A stretch of 11,030 nt of DNA from Octopus sinensis (GCF_006345805.1 NW_021827181.1:1-11030), one strand, 5' to 3'; positions 1-7,992 are shown, counted from the first letter of the stretch. The notes: generated by a model not told the origin, from the sequence alone. Translations and numbers: made by a program.

Positions 1-118
1 TCACATATGCACATTATACATATGAGCACGTGTATGTATGTGTCTGTTTGTGTCTGTTACTTTTCTGGTCTCTGCAATTATCTTGTATTTTGTTTTGTTC
101 GACTTTTTTTCTACTAGC

Positions 119-128
119 AACACACACA

Positions 129-207
<79 letters not shown>

Positions 208-362
208 ACGCACTCAAGCACACATGCACACAGTATACCTTCAAATATATATAAATACATACAAACACATATTCACGCATACATACATGCGCACACTCAC
301 ATACACACACGTACATACGTGTGTGTATGTGTGTGTTGTGTGTGTGTGTGTGTGTGTGTGTG
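119..362. repeat. (CA)n tract (~119-203), degenerate CA/TA spacer, and (TG)n tract (~319-362)
   Basis: Directly visible dinucleotide runs. Confidence 0.95.
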
Positions 363-460
363 AAATGTTGCTAGAGGCAGACAAAACTATTTATTTATTT
401 ATATTTTTATTTATTTATTTTCTTTCCCTTGTTCTCTTCTTTGCAAAAGATATTCTGTAT

Positions 461-666
461 CTACAGAATAGAAGTTTACTACAGAACTACAGTATTACAG
501 AATAGACAGAGTTAGATTAACCATAGAACTATAAAAGACTAAAGGTCTATAGCAGAACTTTAGAACTACAGAACTACAGAATAACCGAACAATGGAATTG
601 TAGAATTATAGAACTATGGAACTATGGAACTATGGAATTACTGAACTATAGAATTACTGGACTATA
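461..666 (+). repeat. Degenerate 8-bp minisatellite (GAACTATG / GAACTACA / GAATTACT units)
   Basis: For example 611-666 reads gaactatg gaactatg gaactatg gaattact gaactata gaattact ggactata. More diverged agaactac copies lie upstream. Confidence 0.8.
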
Positions 667-1185
667 CATATATGAAATTGAAGGAAAAAAAAATATAGTG
701 ATAACATTGATGCTATTTTATTGAAGGAAAATTTTTTGAAAAACTGTGAGAGAAAAAGAAATGCCGAGGAAATATTAAAAAATCCAACAAAATGAGAAGA
801 AATATATTAGAATATAAGGAGACAAACCTTGAGCTTTTGTCTGCCATTTGGGAATCGGTGATCCTGTGTTGAAGCTTGTGTTTATCTGGGAGAAGATAAG
901 TAAAAGACAGAATCATATAGCTGAGAATTATATATTATATATATATATACACACTCTCTGTCTATTTGTCTGTCTGTCTCTATCTCTTTCTGTTACTCTC
1001 TCTCTCTCCTTCCTCCCACTCTCTCCCACTTACTCTCTTGCCTGTTGAACGAATGAATTCATAGAAGCCAGAATCTAGGAGTCCTCAAGGAAAGAACCAT
1101 CACTTTTGAGAAATTAATTATCATTCTCTTAAATGTATGGAGTTCATTTTTCTTCTCTGAGTACACCCAAACGCCTGTGTGTATA

Positions 1186-1188
1186 AAT

Positions 1189-1226
<38 letters not shown>

Positions 1227-1341
1227 TATACACACAATATATGAATAATATAATATAATCTATATATATATATACACACACATATAATCTATCTATCTAT
1301 CTTATAAAGATATATATATATATATATATATATATACTATA

Positions 1342-1377
<36 letters not shown>
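1186..1377. repeat. (TA)n-rich microsatellite cluster
   Basis: Several long TA runs interrupted by CA and ATCT units. Confidence 0.9.
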
Positions 1378-1559
1378 CTGTTGTGTCTGGGAGAGTCATT
1401 TTCTTTTTGTGCCTTATTATTTAACACACTCACCGGTAAAAATTTCCACTTTTTTCTTATTTTTATTGTCCTAAAATTTTCGTTGCATCTTGCAACCTTT
1501 CCAATAGTTTTGACTCTTGCAAACCAAGAAGAATCTTGCAAACCAAATCCCAAAACGAA

Positions 1560-1560
<1 letters not shown>
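1378..1560. mobile_element. Putative non-autonomous DNA-element fragment embedded between (TA)n runs
   Basis: A non-simple ~180-nt block flanked on both sides by (TA)n. Its right end (1506-1560) recurs, inverted and identical, at 4949-5003. It contains an internal duplication of tcttgcaaaccaa. Confidence 0.55.
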
Positions 1561-1591
<31 letters not shown>

Positions 1592-1734
1592 GCATCATAT
1601 GTGTATATAATATAATACAATATATAATAATAACAATATTAAAACACATGCACATACATATATGCAAGCATAAACACATTAACAGTAATAACTTCCCAGG
1701 AATACACAAACACACACACACACACACACACACA
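1561..1734. repeat. (TA)n / (CA)n microsatellites upstream of the TRPV start
   Basis: (TA)n at 1561-1582, degenerate spacer, then (CA)n at ~1710-1734. Confidence 0.9.
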
Positions 1735-1926
1735 TCAAACTGATGAAGCTGTTGCCACAAGTTATTGAAGCAAGGATCTGATGAGGTTTGAGATTTTGTC
1801 TTTGAATCAAAGAAAAATGTTTTAACTTCTGTCGTAAAATAAGAATAAGAATATAAGAAAAACTAAAAAATATAATAAAATAAAAACTTACCTGTAATTG
1901 TGACATAGAAGCCTAAATATCTGAAG

Positions 1927-2263
1927 ATGGGGGTGAAACTGTCCAAGGTGCCGCTTGGAGTGAAGGCCCAGGCCAACACGACTGGGATGAAACTTTATAA
2001 ATTGGTCGATCTGAAAGGTGGGGGAGAACTTGTGGAATGCATGAAAAATATGAAGGATCACAATGAACTGGACAAAAAAATCATTAAGGATGTGACCCCT
2101 TTCCTCTATAATGGAGGATCAGGAAAGAAACTTCACATCAGTGAGTTTATCAAAAAGAGAAACGAAGAGAGAGGGGGTAAGAAACCTATTTCCTCCAAAG
2201 AAAACCAAGGCAAAAGATTTTTACAGAAAAATAAAACCGATGAAGAAGTGGCAGATGACCCAA
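1927..2263 (+). CDS. nan: First coding exon of a Nanchung/OCR-type TRPV cation channel (N-terminal region before the ankyrin repeats)
   Basis: Translates MGVKLSKVPLGVKAQANTTGMKLYKLVDLKGGGELVECMK...VTPFLYNGGSGK...ADDP. This matches Drosophila Nanchung as I recall it (MGNTESNVTSGVKKQA...LYKFVNLKGGGLLVDMMK...VEPFLYNKGAG). There is an in-frame TAG at 1906-1908 upstream and a donor A|GTAAGT at 2264, phase 1. Confidence 0.9.
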
Positions 2264-3169
2264 GTAAGTTATTTTCAATCAATCAATTTATGGATTAATT
2301 AGGCAATCAATTACTCTGTATTTTGCTCGATCTTGTTGTTTTGTTGTTGTTGCAGTAATTAATGTTGTTGTTATTTTATTTCTGAGGTTAAATACATTTG
2401 TTTCCGATTTGCATTTCATCTCTCGAGATTAAGGCCAACTCATGCCCTAATCATAGCCTGACAATGCCACTCCCTTTAACCCCTTCACTGTTTAATTGAC
2501 AACCTATTAAGGCATAATAAATGCTAAATGTGAAATAATAGATTAATTATTCAGTTTTCTTCCAGTTTATCTCCCAGGTCAACTATATTAAATACAACTA
2601 TATTAAATACTAGCTTAAAAGTTGCACTCTTTTAAACTAACTACCATGAAGGGCTGATTGGGTTTGCAGCCCAAGACAAAATAAAAAGCAATAATAATAA
2701 AGCATTTGTTGGTACCCTACTAATATGGTATTACTCTACAATTATGATATTACTTTAAATTCAGTTTAAAGGAAAAACTTGTAAGTTCACAAAATTCTGG
2801 AGTTCTTTTAAAATTTGAATTTTCAACTGTTAGCTTATAACAAATCTTCACCCAGACCTGACCATAATGCTGAATGTTCAAGAACCACATGAAGGGCAGA
2901 TTTTCGATCCTGGGATCATCCTGATTCCAAAAAGGTAGAATCTGTCTTTGTAGAGCAAATGTAGACTGAGATACCGGAGTCCTGGACGAACAGACAGAAT
3001 TTTGCATTTATTATTAGAGACCATCATTGCCATGTAGCATAAAATTTTTGCAATGCAAGGATGAATCTCCAATGTATGTCTTCGAGATTGAGTGTAAGTT
3101 CTCCCATCAGATGGAACCATAGCATTCATTCATTCTGACTTTATCATAGAGTTTTCTCGACAGAGATAT

Positions 3170-3568
3170 TGGCGAGCTGGCAGAAACGTTAGCACGCCGG
3201 CGAAATGCTTAGCGATATTTCATCTGCCGCTACGTTCTGAGTTCAAATTCTGCCGAGGTCGACATTGCCTTTTGTCCTTTCGGGGTCGATAAATTAAGTA
3301 CCAGCTACACACTGGGGTCGATATAATCGACTTAATCCATTTGTGTGTCCTTGTTTGTCCTCTCTGTGTTTAGCCCCTTGTGGGTAGTAAAGAAATAGGT
3401 ATTTTGTCTGCCGTTATGTTCTGAGTTCAAATTTCGCCGAGGTCGACTTTGCCTTTCACCCTTTTGGGATTGATAAATTAAGTACCAGTTGCGTGCTGGG
3501 ATTGATCTAATTGACTGGCCCCCTCCCCACAAATTTCAGACCTTGTGCCCAGAGTAGAAAAGGATATT
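3170..3568 (+). mobile_element. Dimeric SINE (two copies of the gttctgagttcaaat...gaggtcgac...aattaagtaccag...ggggtcgat core)
   Basis: Core at ~3215-3330 is repeated at ~3398-3510. Further monomers occur at 5708 and 7785. Resembles octopus SINE families from memory. Confidence 0.8.
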
Positions 3569-3628
3569 GAGGTGGTTTGCCATTGCCTTCTTCACATTTT
3601 CGTTTTTGATAATATTTACAGGCATAGG

Positions 3629-3738
3629 CATGGGTGGGTGGTAAAAAGATTGCTTTTCAACCACATGGTTCTGGGTTCAGTCCCACTGCGTGACATCTTG
3701 GGCAAGTGTCTTTTCTATAGCCTTGTGAGTGGATTCTG
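3629..3738 (+). mobile_element. tRNA-head SINE fragment (same family as 9478 and 10678 copies), internally deleted
   Basis: ggtgggtggtaaaaagattgct...ggttctgggttcagtcccactg...cttgggcaagtgtcttttctatagcc aligns by eye with 9478-9620 and with the reverse complement of 10678-10820. Confidence 0.75.
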
Positions 3739-3764
3739 AAAAAACTGGTCGTGTATCTTTCATC

Positions 3765-3978
3765 TTTTACCTGTTTCAGTCATTAGACTGTGGCCAGGCT
3801 GGGGCACCATAGTGAAGAATTTATAGTCGAATAAATCAATCACAGCACTTAGTTTTTGTTATGCTTGGTACTTGTTTTATTGGTCTCTTTTTGGTGAACT
3901 GTTAAGTTACAGGGATATAAGCACACCAACACTGGTTGTCAAGTGGAGTTGGGCAACAAACACACACACACTATATAT

Positions 3979-4027
<49 letters not shown>

Positions 4028-4290
4028 GTGGGTGTGTGTGTATGTATGTATGTAATTGTATATGTGTCTATATCTATGTGTGTGTGTCTGTGTTTGTCCC
4101 CTAACACTGCTTGACCACTGGTGTTGGTGTGTTTATGTCCCCTTAACTTAGCAGTTTGGCGAAAGAGACCTTCAGAACAAGAATCAAGCTTAAAAGAGAA
4201 ACAAAAGTACTGGGGTCGATTCATTTGACAAAAAATTCTTCAAGGCGATGCCCCAGCATGGCCGCAGTCTAATGACTGAAACATGTAAAA
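3765..4290. mobile_element. Fold-back (MITE-like) element: ~200-nt inverted arms around a TA/TG microsatellite core
   Basis: The left arm ttttacctgtttcagtcattagactgtggccaggctggggc... is the inverted counterpart of the right arm ...gccccagcatggccgcagtctaatgactgaaacatgtaaaa. Similarity continues inward to ~3965 and ~4085. Confidence 0.85.
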
Positions 4291-4501
4291 AAATAAAATA
4301 TTTAACACCAAATAACCACAATTAAGATAATTTTAATTACTTATAATTAAGGCAACAGAAAATTTTCACACTTTTAAAATTCTTTTTAAAGAAATAAATA
4401 ACTGTTATAATTCCTCACTTGCATCATGGTAAATCTATCATAAAGGAAATGCTCTGAGGTGCCACTTTCCACTTGTACCCTAAACACATGTTTGTATTGC
4501 A

Positions 4502-5097
4502 TTGGGTTGTCCGGAAAGTTCGTACCAATTTTTAAAAGAAAGAAAAAGGTCAATAAATACTTGCCATTACATTTTTAATCAACCAAATATGAACCATTTT
4601 GTTGCACAATGCGTCTCCATCTTTCCTTTAACTTGAAAATACCCTTTTCCCAGAATTGAGGTTGTTTCATGGCAAAGAATTCATCAAGGTATCTTTTTAC
4701 GTCATCCAAGGAATTGAAATTTTTACCATTAAGACTATTCTGCAGAGACCTGAATAAGTGTGTGAATATGGAGAGTGGGGTAACACATCCCAGCCGAGCT
4801 GCAGCAATTTTTTTCTGGTTCCCAAAGCATCAAGTGCCAAAAATTAACTTTCTTACCTTCTATTTTAAAGGGTTACAGATTTAACACAGGTTATAGGAAC
4901 ATAATCCTTCTTCCACGAAAAGATAGCTTAAACTGTGCTATATATATATTTCGTTTTGGGATTTGGTTTGCAAGATTCTTCTTGGTTTGCAAGAGTCAAA
5001 ACTGTAGTCAAATCCTATTTTATGGATTTAACCATGTTCTAAAATAAGTCGAAAGGTAAGCTACTATAAATCGGCACGAACTTTCAGGACAACCCAA
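4502..5097 (-). mobile_element. Internally deleted mariner element A (596 nt) with 30-bp TIRs
   Basis: Left TIR ttgggttgtccggaaagttcgtaccaattt (4502-4531) versus right TIR aaatcggcacgaactttcaggacaacccaa (5068-5097): 3 mismatches. TA follows at 5098-5099; the left side has CA. Transposase remnants lie inside. Confidence 0.9.
4575..4863 (-). pseudogene. Mariner transposase relic: N-terminal 15 codons fused to the C-terminus
   Basis: The minus strand reads (ATA)EGKKVNFWHLMLWE, then frameshifted KLLQLGWDVLPHSPYS, then HLFRSLQNSLNGKNFNSLDDVKRYLDEFFAMKQPQFWEKGIFKLKERWRRIVQQNGSYLVD* (stop 4577-4575). The PDLAPSDY part of the mariner YSPDLAPSDY motif is missing. Confidence 0.9.
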
Positions 5098-5700
5098 TAC
5101 AAGATAGTATCAAAAAGTTTCCAGACTAGTCATGTTAATACAAAATAACTTATTTTCTAAGTAGAGGCGCAATGGCCCAGTGGTTAGGGCAGCAGACCCG
5201 CAGTCATAGGATCGCGGTTTTGATTCCCAGACTGGGCATTGTGAGTGTTTATTGAACGAATATACCTAAAGCTCTCCAAGGCTCCAGCAGGGGTGGTGGC
5301 GAACTCTGCTGTATTCTTTCACCACAGCTTTCTCTCACTCCTTCCTGTTTCTGTTGTACCTGTATTTCAAAGGGCCAGCCTTATCACACTCTGTGTCAGG
5401 CTGAATCTCCCTGAGAACTACGTTAAGGGTACACGTGTCTGTGAAGTGCTCAGACACATGCACGTTAATTTCACAAGCAGGCTGTTCCGTTGATCACATC
5501 AACTGGAACCCTCATCGTCGTAACCGATGGAATGCCACGACAATATTTTCTAAGTTTTAGCATCATCTCCTTCAAAATAGTCACCTTGCACAGCAATACA
5601 CTGGTACCAGGATTCCTGCCACTTTTGGAATTTAGTCTGGAAGTTGTTTACCATCCATCAAGTGGCATCTGTTTTCATTGATGCATTTCTGAAAGCATTT
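5098..5700 (-). mobile_element. Older mariner element B relic (3' end), interrupted by a SINE
   Basis: Minus strand ~5650-5550 reads NNFQTKFQKWQESWYQCIAVQGDYFEGDDAKT*, a mariner C-terminal W..RW.KC....G.YFEG-like motif. A TIR-like end tacaagatagtatcaaaaagtttccagact lies at 5098-5127. Confidence 0.7.
5163..5543 (+). mobile_element. Apparently full-length tRNA-derived SINE with a 12-bp target-site duplication
   Basis: A-box-like TGGCCCAGTGG at 5173-5183 and B-box-like GGTTTTGATTCC at 5216-5227. TATTTTCTAAGT flanks it at 5151-5162 and 5544-5555. Confidence 0.88.
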
Positions 5701-5707
5701 TTGGAAT

Positions 5708-5905
5708 TGGTGAGCTGGCAGAAACATTAGCATGCTGGGCAAAATGCTTAGCACTATTTCGTCTGTCTTTACATTCTGAGTTCAAATTCAACTTTGCATT
5801 TCATCCTTTCAGGGTTGATAAATTAAGTACCAGTTGCGTACTGGGGTCGATCTAATCGACTGGCCCCCTCCACCATAATTTCGGCCTTATGCCTGTAGTA
5901 AAAAA

Positions 5906-5909
<4 letters not shown>
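5708..5909 (+). mobile_element. SINE monomer (same family as 3170-3568), followed by (TA)n to ~5936
   Basis: ggtgagctggcagaaacattagcatgctgggcaaaatgcttagc...gataaattaagtaccagttgcgtactggggtcgatctaatcgactggcccc aligns with both halves of the dimer. Confidence 0.85.
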
Positions 5910-5936
<27 letters not shown>

Positions 5937-5938
<2 letters not shown>

Positions 5939-6227
5939 ACTTGATTGACCAGACCATCGAACGTTGTTATACATCACTGGTCACAATGCTCTTTGATTCA
6001 TTTTAGCTTTCAAATGATGCCATCCTGCTGGCTAGATGAGCAGGCCAACATTCCCCCTGGATAGGATGCTAGTCCATTGCAGGGTTAAACTCATTTACAC
6101 CTGAGTGGACTGCATCAACAAGAAATGAAACGTTTTGCTCAAGACCACAACATGCCAGTCGATCTGAGAATTGAACCCATGATTTAGTGAATGGGAGACC
6201 AGCACCTTAACCGCTAGACCACACACC
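5937..6227 (-). mobile_element. tRNA-derived SINE, minus strand
   Basis: The reverse complement begins ggtgtgtggtctagcggttaaggtgctggtctc (A-box-like, 6221-6211) with GGTTCAATTC (B-box-like, ~6177-6168). It continues gtcttgagcaaaacgttt and aaccctgcaatggactagcatcctatccagggg. Confidence 0.75.
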
Positions 6228-6544
6228 TTCGCTCGAACCAATGCAACACTTGAAATGAATCGATGAAAAAGTTGCGAGTTGATAATAATTAATGTGATTG
6301 CATTAGTAACATTGTTGACATCTTTGCAGTTTTTATTATGGTTTCTTTGAGAGTTCAATGTACAACGATTGGTTCGTACATCAAATATTTATTGATCCCT
6401 GGTGGCTTAAGTGAAACACCTTTGCATCGTAGAGCTTCTATTGATTCTCCACTCATGAAATAATTGGTGAACGAAATGAAGTCAATTAGACAATTGTGGT
6501 GAAAACTCTCACTGACATACGCATGCTCAAACGCATGCACGTCA

Positions 6545-6721
6545 ATACAGACACATATGTGCTCGGTTATATATATATATATATATGCATACATACATGT
6601 GCATATATAGACACACACACATACATGAATATATATATATGTATGTAAATACTTACATATACAAATATTTATATATGTGTACATAAATATATATATATGG
6701 GTGTATGTATATATACGTATA
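6545..6721. repeat. Degenerate TA/CA/TG microsatellite
   Basis: Directly visible. Confidence 0.9.
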
Positions 6722-6723
6722 TA

Positions 6724-7100
6724 CACTTGCGTCAGAAATTAATTAGCACCCTTGATTTGCTCTTCACTCAAGGTATGTGCTGTCACCTAGTGGCCATATC
6801 TCGAACTATTGCTTTGTTGCGAGTTCACTGTTGCGCAGAACGATGACGTAACTTTGTTTGCAGAGCAGTTTGAGAGTCTACAGCCTTATGATGTTGACAT
6901 AGCAGTGCAACAAATTGGAGTGCGGATGCAGACAAATCTTCCTTTGTTTAATAGATATAGGTAGCGCCTCGCAAGGACCGAAATCACACCATACTAAGTT
7001 TTCTCATCGCGTAAGACGTTTTGAACAGCTCATAGGTTAATTGATTTAACCTATTTAATGTAGAAATTTGAGAAGTGCTAATTAATTTCTGACGCAAGTG
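6724..7100. mobile_element. Tc1/mariner-type MITE, 377 nt, with perfect 26-bp TIRs and TA target duplication
   Basis: cacttgcgtcagaaattaattagcac (6724-6749) is the exact reverse complement of gtgctaattaatttctgacgcaagtg (7075-7100). TA lies at 6722-6723 and 7101-7102. No transposase ORF. Confidence 0.9.
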
Positions 7101-7498
7101 TATGTTTATATATATGTATGTATATATATAGATATATATACATAGATAAAAATTTATACATTCATATAAGTGTGTGTGTGTGTGTGTGTATAGTCTATAT
7201 ATATGTATATGTAGACACTTATAAGTATATATATATATATAAAATGAGAGAGAGAGAGATCTGTATGTATATATGTATACACACGCATATATGTATTTAT
7301 GTATGTGTGTGTGTCTGTATGTGTCTGTGTATCTTTCTCCTTCACTCTCTCTCTCTCTATATATATAATGTATATATATATACACACACACAAATACACA
7401 CTTACACACACACACATACAAATACACACATATACAACACACACAAACACACACATGCACACACACACACACGCACATGCACACACACACACACACAC
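7101..7498. repeat. Compound microsatellite (TA, TG, GA, CT, CA runs)
   Basis: Directly visible; it is the source of several spurious ORFs. Confidence 0.95.
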
Positions 7499-7784
7499 CT
7501 GGTAAATGTAAGCAGGTCCTCTCTCGGTGTCTGCGAGTATTTCCCTTGTCCCAACAACTGGCCCACTGCCTTTTCATTGTATTTTAGTGGAAGTGATTAA
7601 ATACTTCCACAGGTAAACCAGGTACAAATGTCCAACAACTGATGGTTCCTGCACCTCCCTTAATCCAGATAAGCTACAAGGGAGCAAGCTGAAATTCCTG
7701 TGCCTGCCAGTCTAGTTTACTGCACAGCCACAAATGGCATTGTATGTACCATGTGTTCATGTATATTATTTATGCTGTAAAGGG

Positions 7785-7992
7785 CAGTGAATTCGCAGAA
7801 CCCTTCACATGCCAGACAAAATGCTAATAGACATTTCATCCATCTTTAAGTTCTGAGTTCAGAGTTTATCAAGATTGACTTTTGCCTTTAATCCTTTCAG
7901 GATTGATAAAATAAGTGCCAATTGAGCACCCCGGGGTAATGTAATTGACTGACCTGCTCTGCTAGCCTTGTGCCAAAATTTGAAGCCATTAT
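7785..7992 (+). mobile_element. Diverged SINE monomer (3170/5708 family)
   Basis: agttctgagttcagagtt...gacttttgcctttaatcctttcaggattgataaaataagtgcc...ccttgtgccaaaatttgaa matches the shared core. Confidence 0.75.

Noticed and set aside
1-505. ORFs with poly-VC, poly-HT or poly-YI runs (also at 1302-1760, 3872-4224, 6355-7600, 9479-9997, 10272-10690)
   Set aside because: They are translations of CA/TG/TA microsatellites, which lack stop codons in some frames.
461-666. Heat-shock elements or a CRISPR-like array in the GAA-rich repeat
   Set aside because: The GAA units are direct repeats with 8-nt period rather than alternating nGAAn/nTTCn, there are no unique spacers, and the context is eukaryotic.
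828-1906. Resemblance of MSQLQ...GSPIPKWQTKA to Cdc20/Fizzy N-termini (MSQ...GPAPRW.KK)
   Set aside because: Only a few residues match from memory, and no downstream C-box or WD40 exons are visible in the window. Insufficient to call without a search.
2264-2298. ORF tail SKLFSINQFMD* as the C-terminus of a 123-aa protein
   Set aside because: It begins at a canonical GTAAGT donor, and homology resumes in exon 2.
2840-2937. + strand peptide LTIMLNVQEPHEGQIFDPGIILIP, faintly like DEG/ENaC segments
   Set aside because: Short, followed by stops, and without convincing splice sites; likely chance.
5165-5236. tRNA genes at SINE heads (also 6227 and 8388, minus strand)
   Set aside because: A/B boxes are degenerate, there is no complete cloverleaf, and they run into SINE bodies; one has a TSD.
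6961-6997. Tc1 transposase C-terminus (RLARTEITPY*) inside the MITE
   Set aside because: Only the TPY* ending is suggestive and an upstream stop is adjacent; too short to support.
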